From NCBI GenBank assembly GCA_904063045.1, contig CAJFCJ010000056.1, positions 6,110-70,109 of the forward strand: DNA of 64,000 nt, in the 5' to 3' direction. The notes under the pieces were generated by a model. The model was not told the origin of the DNA. It worked only from the letters and a program-made list of their open reading frames with translations, and ran no database searches. Below, piece after piece: positions 13,350 through 26,660 of this stretch. Position 1 is the stretch's first letter. Every line of letters starts with the position of its first letter. The stretch is from Dimorphilus gyrociliatus. Taxonomy: Eukaryota; Animalia; Annelida. A program made the position numbers and the translations under genes.

Positions 13350-13838
13350 ACTCGAAATAGTCAAATTACTGGTGTTTTGTTGATCGAATTTCTACAATAT
13401 TACATTAATTGAGATGATTTTGTGTAGGAATGCAAAATGGTTCTATTTGCTTGAGTACTTTGTGATTTGGTAAATGATCGGAAAGGACAATTACAACGAT
13501 GATTAGTAACAGGATGTTATTTTCACATTGAAAATGTCTGTTAAATATCACATAAAAAGGTTTTAATGTAGATTCATCTACTGTGTTGTTTAAATGATAT
13601 AAGACAATCTATAAATCAAAATGGTCTATTCATGATTGAATGTACAGTCTATAAATTTTCTAATATTTTATGTAGAAACTTGATTAGACCTATTATTTTT
13701 TAAAACGCCTATAAACCATTTGATAACAGCCACAATTGATTTTGATTGACAGAATAAGATATGTGATAAACAAAATGAGAATAGAAACTTCAATATCTTT
13801 AATTTCAGTTTTATTTTATTGTTTAAATATTTATTTAT

Positions 13839-15075
13839 GGGTCAGAGAAAAGTTGTCCCCTTCTTGGGAAAACTTGTCCCTTTTTTTGGGAAAAGTTGTC
13901 TCCTTTTTGTAACAGCAAGTTTTATCATTACTAAAAGAAATAAGAAAAAGTATATAAAATATATATACTGTAAAATGAGAAACTCTTTTTTGTAGTTACA
14001 TTACTTAGCAAACTAAAGCTCAGTTTTTGAAAAAACTGGTAGATATCAAACTCTGCATTACCAGGTGTTAGGAAAGTAGTCCCTTACTTCCTGTTTACAG
14101 GATTTGAAAGTGTAAAGGTAAAATTTAATATTTTTATATTTGCTTAGCCTTTTAAGGACATAATCCTGTGAGTATAATTTTAATGTTAAAAAAATGTTTA
14201 TTTCTTATATAGGTTATTACATTTGTTTTCCAGTGAAATCTTAAATTCAAAGATGGCTTCACTTTGTCCTAATTGTGACATTTGATTTTATGGCAGACAA
14301 AAGAAGATAAGACACCAAAAGTGTCTCAAAGTAGGTGTCTTTTCATAAATATATCTATATTTATATTTATATTTAATAAGCTCTTTTTTAAAGATCCAAC
14401 TCCTCACATTTGCAATCTTTGTGAACCATTCCCCAAAGGGGCTGACAGAAAATGTCCACAAATGAAAAATTTCAAGACAAAAATTTGGATTGAGAAATGG
14501 TTAGGCAGAAGAAAACAGCAACTGATTTGTACTTAGGAGGGTCTCCTTTAGGGTTACAGGTAATGGAAAAGGTTAGGTACAGCTAAGGGCTGGGTTAGGA
14601 TTAGGGTAAAATCACTCATTTGTGGACATTTTCTGTCACATCCTTCCCCAAAATGACATTGAAATGCTTATATTGCAATCATACATGTATAGGTAATTAT
14701 TCAATTGATTTTAAGATATTTTATTTATTTCTTTAATTAAAGTAGAAATGAGTGAAGACTTGCTAGAATCTTGCAATATCATCACCAAGAAAACATGTTT
14801 TATTAGACTAAAGAGATTGGATGGAAATGTCAATTTAGATGCCACAAATAATGGTAATGTTTCTGAAATCAAAAAGTGGAAGGTGATACAACTATTGTAA
14901 ATAGCATGGATTGTAATAATTTTATAGAGGACTCATTTGAAATGAATGAAGAAGAAAAAGCAGATCAAAATGAATCCAGTTTACATAACTACCTGAATTA
15001 TTTTTGTATTATCTTTGATAAATGTCATAATTCTCTCTTTTTTAGGGCTCAACAGCAAAACAGACACAAATGAGT
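13839..15075 (+). mobile_element. Degenerate MULE remnant (left-end subrepeats plus decayed PHD-like exon)
   Basis: Tandem gaaaagttgtccc units at 13839-13890. MASLCPNCDI*FYGRQKK at 14253 resembles the N-termini at 11889 and 56018. Confidence 0.45.
14438..14643 (+). mobile_element. ~206-bp MITE (Mutator-type) with 9-bp TSD ttccccaaa
   Basis: TIRs ggggctgacagaaaatgtccacaaatga / tcatttgtggacattttctgtcacatcc. ttccccaaa flanks both sides. Internal ggttaggattagggt. Confidence 0.85.
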
Positions 15076-15393
15076 ATATTCAAGACTAGCCTTGGCTTGT
15101 AAACAACTAAGGAGGAGAGATGTAGTAACTGATTTCTAGTTAGGAAGGTTTCATCTAAGGGTTAGGTATAATGGGAAAGGCTAGGTATAGGAAAAGGCTG
15201 AGTTAAGGTTAGGACAAAATTATTGTCTTGTGGACATTTTTTGTTGCATCCTTATTTTTATTGTTATCCTATATCTAATTGTAAGAGTATAGTGGTATCG
15301 TTTACTATCTGTAAATTCAGGTTTTCGCTTAAAATTCTAAAGAGAAAAATATGATATAAATATATTACAATTTCAGGACATTTTGCCGCTCAA

Positions 15394-15870
15394 TAATTTG
15401 TAATAGCAGGTTGCAAAGTTAGCAAACTAATGTCAAATGTTAAAAGGGTAGAGTGCTGTCTAAGAAGGGTTGTTTCCAGTTGATCTTTCCAGTTTAAGGT
15501 AATAGAGTTAGACTATAAGAGCAAGGATGTATATACTTGTGGGTTTGTCTCCAATATACAATCACTACTTTACTGTTGGTGGTCTAGGAACAATATGTTA
15601 CAAAGTTCAACACTTGAGAAAATTAATTAATCATACTTTGGCCAAATCCTTAAAATTACACAGTATTGAGTTATTGAAGCCCTAAACTGTTTTTTTTGCT
15701 ATTCGTTTTATGATTGTACTTTCCTGCTGGGGTTATAGGTAAGTACTGGTCCAAATAGAACCAAATCATCAAATTTCGTAGGGGTTTGGTAATTCTTGCA
15801 AAGTCTTTAATAAACCTTCTATAATATCCACAAAATGCAACAAAAACTGAGTAAAATATTTGCAAATACA
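15394..15870 (-). mobile_element. Old fragments of a Gypsy relative (diverged LTR piece plus RT-connection piece)
   Basis: 15394-15650 aligns by eye with the LTR at 36990-37270. 15780-15850 encodes VAFCGYYRRFIKDFARITKPL, similar to the pol at about 42950. Confidence 0.6.
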
Positions 15871-15978
15871 GGCTTGTTTGCTTCTTTGATCCTAGCAATT
15901 TTCTCTATTCTGTGTCCAAGGAATTGAATTGTTTCCTGGAGAAAGTTACATTTGCTCAGCTTGATTCTAAAAAGTTTA

Positions 15979-16254
15979 AAATACCTTTATTCTTTAATGT
16001 TGTTACACTGTTGTCAATCATTCTTGTTATAATGCTTGTTTTTACTTAATCAATATATTAATATTTAAATATTTGTAATTCTTATTATTCATTTTTTCCT
16101 GTCAAATTATTCTAAAAACTCCATCTATCAAATATCTTATATCTTACTTTGAAGTTCTATAGTGGATGTTTTCTCCAGTGGACGTTTTCTCCAAGCACTG
16201 GACGTTTTCTCCAAACAGTGGACGTTTTCTCCAGTGGACATTTTCTCCTGTACC
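15979..16254 (+). mobile_element. Solo 3' end of the MULE family found at 55483-57296
   Basis: Near-identical to 57019-57296, ending in tandem agtggacgttttctcc units and ctcctgtaccc. Confidence 0.85.
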
Positions 16255-16823
16255 CGGAAGATAGCAACTGCTTTCTAGTTATGGGAGTCTCATCTAAGGC
16301 TTAGGGATAATGGGAAAGGCTAAGTATAGCCAAGGGCTTGGTTAGGGTAAAAGCAATGTTTTGTGGATGTTTTTTGTGTGCATTCTTATTTTTATTGTTA
16401 CTATATAAAAAAATCTTTCATGTAATTCTTTATTCATCTAATTATAGTAATATAGCAAAATAGTTTAGGACCTTTTAAGCCTTATCTCAAGACAGTTTTT
16501 TATAATTGAAAAGTTCAAGTCTGTCTACCCTTGATTGGCAAAGTCTATCTATTTTCTGAAAAAAGGGAAAAAGGACTTTTTAAAACATTCTCTGTCACAT
16601 GAAGCTGGTAAGAGATTTTAGTTCTGTAAAACTGCTTTGATAGCCAAAATAGCTATGATCAATAACATTTCTACAAATTGTGTAGGCTGACAATGGCAAC
16701 TTCATTTGAATAATTTTTATGCAATTTAGTGTTCTACATAATCAAATAAAATTTTATTAGACATTGTTCACAATTTTTAAATATGTAGTGCTATTCCTCA
16801 ATTTTCTTATAAGTGACCAGGAC

Positions 16824-17030
16824 GGATACGACAGAAAACATCCCCAAATTTATGGTTTAACCCTAACCCTAACCTAGCCCTTGTCTCTCTCTAACGTTTT
16901 TGATTACTCCTAACCCTTAGATGGAACCCTCCTAACTACAAATCAAAAGCTACTTTACTCCTGCTAACCATTTTTCAAACTGAAATCTTGCTTTCAAAAA
17001 TCTCACTTGGGGACATTTTCTGTTGGCCCC
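16824..17030 (-). mobile_element. 207-bp MITE with 9-bp TSD gaccaggac
   Basis: Same family as 14438-14643 in the opposite orientation. gaccaggac at 16815-16823 and 17031-17039. Internal aaccctaaccctaacc. Confidence 0.85.
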
Positions 17031-17454
17031 GACCAGGACAATGACTGTGTCTATGGCTAGTTATAAAAGTGCCTAAAATTTAATATCATAAAAATTTGCT
17101 TTTTAAAACTTTAAATATCGTAGTAAGATTCTAAATATAGGTGTCATTGTTATCAATTGTTGCATATTAAAATTTTGAGTTCAGAATCTGTTCCTCAGTG
17201 AATAATCATTATAATATATTTACTCCGTATATATTAAGAGTTATTGAAATATAAATTATACAAGAAACATACAGTTGTTAGTTTGCTTTGCCGTGACTGG
17301 CAATCAAATTTGAATATAAAGCATAACAAAAAAATCCTTTATAATAGATATTATTAGTCACTCTGAACATAGATATATCTATTTTAAGTAATTTTTCAGC
17401 TACCAACTCAGTCTAAAATATTTTTGTTCACTTTTTGTTTACTTTTGAAAAAGG

Positions 17455-18085
17455 ATGTTTTTAGCAAGAAGATATTGTATTTTTGTTGCTTGTATAATAG
17501 TTAGTCTATATGGAATAATAACACATATCAAGAAAGAACACTGTGATAAATGTATTTATTGGAATGATTTTAATGATAAAAGAGAATTAAAGACTAGTCA
17601 GGTATTTAAAACAATTTCAGAAATTAATCAGTAATTGTTAAGAATAATTTTCTAAGCAGAAAAAATATATTAATTTGGATTCAACAGAATTATATATCTT
17701 ATGTATACCTGAAAAAGGATTTGCTAATACAATAAGGACAATAGCATCTTGTAAAATTCTATCTGAAGTCTTGAATAGAACTGCACTAATATATTCAAAT
17801 ATTCCAAATGAAGACTGCCCCATTAATACATATTTTACTCTCGAATCTATTAAAGTTGTTAACAAGTATGAATTGGGAAATCATACATTTCCTATTCATA
17901 AACTTCTTTATTCTAATGTAAAAACTATTAAAAAACTAATGGCTAAAAAGGAAAAAATTTTTGGTATAAGAAGCCATAATTTTTTTTTGAGGTTAAACAC
18001 ATTGTCAGAACTTCTTCTAACTCATGCTTCAACATACGGAATGTATGGAGTTGCAAGAAGTGTTGCTATGAGAGGGTTTCAGTAA
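17455..18085 (+). pseudogene. Fucosyltransferase paralog with a large internal deletion (exons 17455-17601, 17660-18085)
   Basis: TM anchor exon MFLARRYCIFVACIIVSLYGIITHIKK, 58-bp intron, KGFANTIR motif. The ORF jumps from HNFFLR to SELLLTHASTYGMYG (C-terminal motif), skipping the IQIRTG and central motifs. Confidence 0.7.
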
Positions 18086-18389
18086 TGAAATGTTTGAATG
18101 GTAGTTATATCCAGAAACATAGTAGAATAGGAATTTAAAGATATGAATTGATTTTCTTTTCATTAATTTTTAATTGTCTCACATATCATAGGACTAATAT
18201 TTTGATATTTAAATATACTATTATTGTTTCTTTTAAATTTACAGACATCACATAATAAATAAATTTTATCATTTTTATTTTTTACCATTGACCAGTTTTC
18301 AGTTCTTTAATTGTCAGTTGGAAATATTTTATATAGATATGAATTATTATGATGTTATACTGTAATTCTACTATAGGCCAATATGTTAT

Positions 18390-18586
18390 GGATGTGGTAG
18401 AAAACAGCCATAAATGTATGGTTTTACCCTAACCCTAATCCAGGCCTTGTTTTTGCCTAACCTTTTTGAATACCCCTAACCCTTAGATGGGACCCTCCTA
18501 AGAACATGTCAACAGTTATCTTATTCCTCCTAACCATTTCCCAGGCTGAAATCTAACTTTCAAATATTTCATTTATGGCCGTTTTC
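18390..18586 (-). mobile_element. MITE of the same superfamily (one end truncated)
   Basis: ggatgtggtagaaaacagccataaat start. Reverse complement of 32697-32903. Flanks atatgttat / atatgctat (8 of 9 match). Confidence 0.75.
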
Positions 18587-18778
18587 ATATGCTATACTAT
18601 TCAGAAATGACTAATTTTGCTATTATTTAATGAATAGAAATCAAACAACTTGGCTTTTTAGTTTTCTATTGAAATATTTTTAAGCCATTTCTTAGAAATT
18701 TCTTAGAATTGTAACTTAGAATTCAACATTTTATAGCACATTAAACCTTGATCAGTGCAATATATGTAGTCCTATAAA

Positions 18779-19112
18779 GAACTGTATAATTTGATATTAA
18801 AAAGATTAACCCTAAACTTTGACTAGAAGAAGATTGATTTTATATCCTAATTTAGAGATTTTATGATTTACACATCAGTAGATTTACAGGAACAGATACA
18901 CAAGCTTCACAAGATACAGAGTGTATACAAAATAAATCCAAAAAATAAATGACCATCTTTGTGGACAAATATTCGAAAATGATGATGAATTAAAAACAGT
19001 AGTAAGGGCATTTTTTAAGTTCAAGCCACCTGAATATTGTGCCAAAGAAATTGATATGCTTCCCGCCAGGTGGCAAACATGCACTGACAACAATGGGAAA
19101 TTTGAAGTTAAA
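18779..19112 (+). mobile_element. Mariner-type transposase 3' fragment (copy 1)
   Basis: Plus frame encodes DHLCGQIFENDDELKTVVRAFFKFKPPEYCAKEIDMLPARWQTCTDNNG, matching the mariner C-terminal LP.RW.KC...NG motif. Duplicated at 21102. Confidence 0.75.
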
Positions 19113-21101
19113 TAGACACACCTAAGACATTACTTAAAATTTATGAATAAGGATATTTTGCCTTTTTTTTTCTTTTATCTGTTAGATAAAAATGGCAAGA
19201 ATTTTTGGGTGAACCAAATATACAGTATAAGCCAAAAGTCCCCAGCCACCTTGTAAAATTGTTTATTTAGATATTGAGCTATACAGAATAACTACTTTGA
19301 ATTAGTAATAGTAATTATTACCATGTAGAGGGGTCGGATGCGAATGTATCTGTTAGCAAATATTTCCAAGCCTGAAAACATTTTAGGAAAGGGTTAGTTT
19401 GAATATTTGGATGAATTTATTGTTAGAGGGACTCCAATTTAGGGTTAGGGGATATAAAAAACACAGATATTACTCTGAATTTCAGATATATTAAGCTAGG
19501 CTTCAACCCTCCATAGTTATGGGTTAGGGTTAGGTCTGTTTTGCTGTTCTTTTTTCCTAAAGTAAGGGAGAGAATTATGGCATTTATCAAAAATAATAGG
19601 AAATTACCACCCATAGTAATGTAAACTAGATCTTCAATGCAAATTTTACAGTAGATGTGGTATTCATTGTGGCTACTTTAAACTGTTTTTTCCTTCCCTG
19701 TCTTACTTTAAAGGAAAAGAGGTGTTTTATCAATAAAAAATATTTTCTAAAGAAACTACTTGGCCTATTTTTAAATGTCAGAGCATGATAAGTATTTTTT
19801 ATTGAATTCCAAACAAAATGTTTACAAATGTGTAGTTGTACCCTAACCTGATTCCCAATTATATTTGTTCTTAATTATGCTCATTAGTAGCATGTTTTTA
19901 TCAGTATAACTCAATCTAAATTATAAATTGAACATTTATCTAGATATTGATCCTTAAGTTTGATCTTCACTACAAGTCTATATTTAAATATTATTCATAT
20001 AAGCTCATTTTGTGTAAAAATATGTAGATATAAATATGTTCTTGGCTAGAAAACATAAAAAAGTCTTTTTTGATAGAGAAAAACATTCCTAATGAGTGAA
20101 AGTTCTGCAAAATGTTAGAGATTTGGCTAGCAACCCATTGTGTATTTTTAAGTGTTAAACAGAAAACAATTCTTCCTTTTTTTTCAAATTCTTTCATTGT
20201 TAAAGGATATTTTATATTAATTAATATTAATCTAATTGTACTTTGTTGTATTGTAATTGTACGAGTTTCCTGCTCTACACCTTAATATTTATCCTTTTGA
20301 ATTATTTACCAATTTGCCAAAGAATATGTATTGAGTAAATAAATTCTAATCTAATAGAGTTTAAGTTTAATCATAAAGTGTATACTATTACTTCATAGAT
20401 ATATTACTTTGTGAGCCACAAATATCCATATGAAAAATCTAAAGATATATAAAAAGTCATCATAAAACCAGACATTGTGAATTCTGATATGACAAATATT
20501 AAAAAATTTTCTTCATGTTAAAAAAGATTCTTTTTTAGCTAAATGCATTTCTTTGAATAAATTAAAGAGATTGCCAACAGTAACAAAATAAATAATTGTT
20601 TCTAAAAAAAAATTGTAAACTTGGTCAGTGTACTTTGTTGTATCATAATTATAGAAATTTCTGACAAACCCCCTGTTTTAACATTGTTTTTTTTTTGAAA
20701 TTTCTTAAAGAGGTTAAAAAGTAGGGGATATGTAGTTTAAAAAAAAGAATAATACTATGTTTTTGACAATTGCCCACACATTTAGCCTAATGTAGGCCTA
20801 ACCAATACTGTTCTTAGAAATTCTAGATTAGTCATATAATTATAAATTTCGCTTAGCATTCTAACATAATATTAATAGCGTGAGAAAGATATTTTAGGTA
20901 AACTAAAAGAATGTTTAGACTATATGTTATTGCTTTGTCAGGTTTATTAATCATACATTTTAGAAATATATATTTTTAACTATTATTTCATATGTAAAAA
21001 AAAATCTTATTGCTTTAATCTTATTGCGTAAAAGCATAAAAACTTGAAATTGGGAAATAGCAAACTATGACCTATTGATAGGGTGCTTCAATAGCTCACA
21101 T

Positions 21102-21433
21102 GAACTGTATAATTTGATATTAAAAAGATTAACCCTAAACTTTGACTAGAAGAAGATTGATTTTATATCCTAATTTAGAGATTTTATGATTTACACATCA
21201 GTAGATTTACAGGAACAGATACACAAGCTTCACAAGATACAGAGTGTATACAAAATAAATCCAAAAAATAAATGACCATCTTTGTGGACAAATATTCGAA
21301 AATGATGATGAATTAAAAACAGTAGTAAGGGCATTTTTTAAGTTCAAGCCACCTGAATATTGTGCCAAAGAAATTGATATGCTTCCCGCCAGGTGGCAAA
21401 CATGCACTGACAACAATGGGAAATATGAAGTTA
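21102..21433 (+). mobile_element. Mariner-type transposase 3' fragment (copy 2)
   Basis: Near-identical to 18779-19112. Confidence 0.75.
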
Positions 21434-21497
21434 AATATTGCTTCATAAACATTTTACATAATAATATAGGACTATGTTTGTCTTTTTGTTCTTTAAG

Positions 21498-22424
21498 GAA
21501 CCATATGGAATTGAGAATTTAGATGATGAAACATTCTATTTGTTTTGTGATATAAAATCAGGATTTGGTAATACTATAAGAGAATTAATATCTTGTAAAA
21601 TTTTAGCGGAAATCTTAAATAGAACACTTCTACTCTCTTCAAATAATCCAAATGTCAATTGTCCTCTAAATAAATTTTTTTCTCTTGACTCAGTTCAAAT
21701 GATTGACAATCATAAATTGAAGAATCATAAATATGTTACTTATTCTTGTAAACCAAATGCTCCAAGAGCTTTTAATCCAAATATGACATTCAATGAAAAA
21801 ATTATTGGTATATATAGCTGTTCTTTCTTTTTTAAACAACAATATTTAGTTCAATTTCCAAATATAAAATTCATAAGACAAAATAAAACGGACACTGAGA
21901 TATTTTTACGCTACTTCGACAAATTATTTAAACCGAAAGGCAGCTTGTTAAAGGAGATTGAAAAGCACAAGAAAATTTTCAACAGATATAAGAACATAAT
22001 ATGCATTCAGATAAGAACTGGTTGGATTGAATATAATCATCCGAGGTCATGGTCGGAGAGATGTGTTAAGGAAGCTTTAAACATTGAACCTATGATACCT
22101 AAAGGAGATGAAAAGTCAACAATTTTATATTTTGCATTAGATAGTGAATTAGTACAAAATTATCTAAAGACTGATAAAAAATATTCAACATATATGATTG
22201 AAGGTACACCAAAACACTATCGGGACAATAGTGTATCCTGTCAGGGAATCTTAAAAATATATACGGAATTTTTTCTCCTGAGTAAATGTACTCGGGCCTT
22301 AGTAAGCCACTATTCAACTTTTGGAAGTTATGGAATTTTAAGAAGTAATGCTAGAAATAGTTGCCTAACGATGAAATGTAACTTTAATGGTCTATCAAAG
22401 AGGCGAAAGACAATTTCAGCGTAG
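21498..22424 (+). CDS. NodZ/FUT8-like alpha-fucosyltransferase (GT-B), intact catalytic exon; exon 1 probably upstream (candidate 20911-20993)
   Basis: Motifs SGFGNTIR, ICIQIRTG, LYFALDSE and EFFLLSKC..LVSHYSTFG correspond to the GDP-fucose-binding motifs of alpha-1,2/1,6/O-fucosyltransferases. Acceptor tttaag at 21492-21497. The candidate TM exon MFRLYVIALSGLLIIHF needs a 1-nt correction. Confidence 0.75.
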   Translation, partial: EPYGIENLDDETFYLFCDIKSGFGNTIRELISCKILAEILNRTLLLSSNNPNVNCPLNKFFSLDSVQMIDNHKLKNHKYVTYSCKPNAPRAFNPNMTFNEKIIGIYSCSFFFKQQYLVQFPNIKFIRQNKTDTEIFLRYFDKLFKPKGSLLKEIEKHKKIFNRYKNIICIQIRTGWIEYNHPRSWSERCVKEALNIEPMIPKGDEKSTILYFALDSELVQNYLKTDKKYSTYMIEGTPKHYRDNSVSCQGILKIYTEFFLLSKCTRALVSHYSTFGSYGILRSNARNSCLTMKCNFNGLSKRRKTISA

Positions 22425-23902
22425 GAAATGTCTCCAAAAAAGCTTCTCATTGTGTTCAAGTTCTCAACAAAGTGTCCTTCAAAAATATATATATATATAA
22501 AGATCAGCTATTATTCACAGTGAAAAATACTTTTTTATGGTTTATTACAATTCTGAGTATTCTTTATAATGTGAGCCTATTTAAAAGTCACCCAAATATT
22601 CTTAGAATGTAGTCTAATCAGATATTTCAGATAAACAGTGGATAATATCGAAATGATATTTGACATTGCAGAAACTAAAAATTTTATTGTCTTGTTTCAT
22701 TTTTGTTATACCCCAATTCCCATTTAGTTGTTACAGCTTTCCACCTGCTCCAGTTATTACACTGTTGGATCTATACTGCTTACCTAAAAGCAAAAAAGAT
22801 TTTCGGGGTCAGGAAAAAATGTCCTATGCCTGGCTAAATATATACTTGGCATAATTATTGATACTTATAATCAGAAACATTTTTCTCTTGCTGTTTACTT
22901 TATTTATAGAATAAAATATTAATATTTTTGAAAGATATATATATTGTAATGTTTTTACCATTTTTCTCTAAGTTATGTAATGCTATTACATTGAAACATT
23001 TGTATTGAATTGGATTATTGAATATTACAAGATTATACAATTTTTTTGAGAACCCTTCTCTCCTGTGAGTTATTATTTATAATTTTTGTATTGTTTGTTT
23101 GGGTTAGGTTACACAGCCTGGCTCCAATGAAATGCACACCCCTCTTATGAATACTGCTGGATAAATAGATTTCAGAGCTTTCCAGAGTCTTTTTTCAAAA
23201 TCAACAACTATCTCCTCTGGCTTTGAATCATCAGTCATTCTTTTAATTTCCTGCAGACAGAAAAAGCAAGCATAGAAAATGAGAATTGTATTTTATGTAC
23301 TCTTGGTCTCTCACACCATTCTATTACATTCACTCCCTTTTATACCTTGTTAGTGTCATTTAACTGGGTGTTTGACTGTGCTCATCTGTGTTGCCACATT
23401 CATGCCATGTTGTGCCATGTCATTATTTACCTGGTGATATAACATTAAGTTAACTAGACTGTCCCGGCTTTGGGCTAAGTCAAACTCCCTTCTTAAGTGA
23501 TGCTCACATACTGACATACATTTACTGACTCACATTCACTCATAACATGTAATGTGAACAGAACGTTAATGAACAAAACATTGTTTAGTGTCATTGTGTG
23601 TGTGTCAGTGAATGCTGCTGCATCTGGCAGGTGACCTAAAGTCAGACTCCTAAATCTGGTCTGACTTGATATCAAGTCAGATCGCAAACATAACAAAGTC
23701 AACAGCCAGATGAGTAGAATCAAACGCACACTTAAATGACAAGAGTAACTGTGTGAGGTATAAAAAAGAAAATATGTGACAGTACAGTGTGAGAGCCAAA
23801 CAAACATTTAAAAATAAATTGTAACGAAATTATTACTTAATTTCGTGATACAAGTAACCATAAATCTTGTAAAGTTACAAGAAAAAAAAACAGTTATTTG
23901 CC

Positions 23903-26660
23903 ATGGAAAAGAAAGTACAAAGCATGACCGCAGCACAAAGACTGGAGACTATTAATAGATTCATGGGGCACACTAAAACGGGCCTGGATGATGGAGGATA
24001 TACTATGGGACTTATCAAATTGAGATGGCTACTCACCAAGGATCAACGATCCACAAGGGAAGAACATTGATGACGATGTGAGAAAGGAGAATATTGAAGC
24101 AGATATAAATAATATCTATATTGGGGCAGCAAAGGGCCAAGCCAACAGACATGGCTTGACACGAAGCAGCAGCCGTTCCTGTGAAAGAGGGATGTCTTCA
24201 GGAAAAAGGAAGAGAAACAGTGCAGTAACTGCAAACGAAAGTGATGATGATGACCTATCAATGATGCAAGTCGATACAGGCAGGCTAAAAAATACAATGT
24301 CTGGCAAGCAATGCCAGACTGCACGAAAAGAGGGATGCACCTTTCATAGGATGGAAGATAGCATTGATGATGAAATAGAGGACACCCCAAAGATGGAAGA
24401 ATACCCACCTTCCAAAGACCTAACAGATTGGATGGTGAAAGGAGAAGAATGGTGGACTGACAAAAAGGAAGAAATAATGGATGAAATTGGCGAGGCCATG
24501 GAGTTGGAGAAGGAGAGACAGAGAGAGGAAAGAGCCCAAGACCAAGCCATGATAAAAAATAACCAGCAAATGCTAAGTGCAATGATAAGATCCACTATAA
24601 CCACTGCCGTGGGTGAGGCCACAGAAAGGGAAAGAAAAAGACATGAAGAAGAGAAAGCCCAGGATGATGATGATAGGATAAGAAGAGAAGAATTTTTAGC
24701 TATGTCATTAAGGTCATCGGTGGTCAGTGCAGTGGAAGAGGCTATGCATAAGGGAAGAGCCAACCCAATAAGACCTGATTTGGAAAAGGAGGCAAGTAAT
24801 GATTGCCCAGAATCAGGAATAATAGAATTGAGGGAAAGATTGGAGAGAATGGAAGCCAAACTTAGTGGGCATAAGGTAAAGGAAGAGAGTAGCATGGGAA
24901 GAGGCAGCTTACAGACGAGAGCAATGCTGCCAGACATGTTAATAAAATTTAATGGAGAAACAGACATGTGCGAGAATTTTGTGGAGAGGCATGAAAGCAT
25001 CATGTCTCAGTACCAACAAGCTCCACAATGGGCAAAGTTTGAGATCCTGCATACGCACTTGGGCATCGAGTTACAAGAAGAGGTAGAAAGATTCAGATCA
25101 TCATCAAAGGATGGTTACAATAGTGCAATGAAATTCCTACGCTCAGAATACGGGGAAATAAAAACAAAAAGTGGCACAGCTTTTGCTAGATTAGAAAAAT
25201 TGGGCAGAGTGGCAGATGGTAACATTCGAAAACATGACGAACTAAGCCAAATACTGAGGGAGGTTTATGAGGATTATAAAGATAGAGATGATCTAGGAAG
25301 TGAACAGTTGGAAGCGATCCAAGTTGTGGCCAGCAAGTTCAACATGACCACACAACTAAGAACAAGATGGAAAGATGAGCAGTTAACAGCTGAATCGAAA
25401 CTCACAGTGAATGACATGGCAAGGTTCATGCAAGCCCAAAGCTGTGGGTTAAAAAATGTAATTATCCAGCAGCAAGCAATGAAGACTGACAGCCTTCGGG
25501 AAGGGCAGCAATAAAAGAAAGGGAATAGATTGTTATATATGTGGGAAGCCACACCCTTTAAGGAACTGCCTACAATTCATAACGATGAGTATCAAAGACC
25601 ATAGCAAAGCAGTTAGAAGGTTGAACTTATGTGAAAACTGTATGGCAAGTAGCCATAGCACATCCGACTGTTGGGGACCAGGATGTAGGATATGTAAAAC
25701 CACAAAGAGCAACATGCTGCATCAGTGCGAAAAAAGAAATGGCAGTAAAAAGAAAATACTGATGATGAAAGCCCCAATAATTGAAAGAGAGAATGGGATG
25801 ACAGCATTAAAGGTGGAAACTGAGAATGGAAACCTCATTGCAATTCAAGATACCAGAGCCGATATGACAATAATTACAAAAAGGGCAGCCAAAAGAATCA
25901 ATGCGAAGCCTATAGATACAGTAGAAGTCAACCTTGCAATGATGGGAAGAGTGGAGAGACACAAAGCAGTGAGATATCAGATAAGCATCAAACAAAGGAA
26001 TTTGGTAGCCCTTGAATATCCAGAGATTACCACAATTGATCAAAGATCCATAACAGATGAGGAGAGAGCAAAATGGCCATATCTAAGAAACTTAGACATA
26101 CCGGAATTGATGAATTATAAGGTGGATTTTTTAATAGGTTGCGACTACATTGACCTAATAGCCCCAAGAACGATTCTGGAAGGGACAGTTGATGAGTCCA
26201 CTGCTATGCATTCTAAATTGGGATGGTCAATTGTTGGTCGGAAGGACAGAAAAAAGGCAACCAACAAAAATTGCCTTGATATTAAAGAATAGGAATGAGA
26301 CAAAGGAACAGAAACTGACAACAAATGATGAACTTTGGGTCAAACAGTTAGAAAACAGAATACACTTTAAAGATGGAAAGGTGTATGCACCTATTCTTTT
26401 TAATGGGAAACAAATGGAACTACAGTGTAACAGACGCATGGCTTACAGCAGGCTACAAGGTCTAAAGAAGAAGTTTACAAGAGACATAGAATACGGGAAG
26501 CAATACAACGAAGGGATAAAGGAGTACCTTGAAAAGGGTTATGCAAAGAAAAATGCAAAAAATGGAACAACAAAGTGGTTCATACCACATCATGGCGTGC
26601 TGAACCCAAATAAAGAAAACATGAGAATTGTTTATGACTGCCCAGCAAAAGGCCAGTGGG
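23903..26660 (+). pseudogene. BEL/Pao gag-pro-partial RT
   Basis: LIKFNGETDMCENF (Gag); CYICGKPH..C / CENC..H..C / CRIC knuckles at 25530-25730; IQDTRADMTII protease-like motif; EYLEKGY..WFIPHHGV..RIVYDCPAK is the Pao RT N-terminus. Several frameshifts; the rest of RT, RNase H and IN are missing. Confidence 0.85.

Noticed and set aside
16855-16880. Telomere or telomere-addition site (taaccctaaccctaacc)
   Set aside because: Only 2-3 units, embedded in MITEs with TIRs and TSDs.
24043-25003. Long antisense ORFs (24043-24582, 24344-25003) and similar shadows such as 40045-40320, 40524-40886, 62668-62982, 63234-63692
   Set aside because: They are reverse-strand shadows of retroelement coding sequence with biased composition and no motifs.
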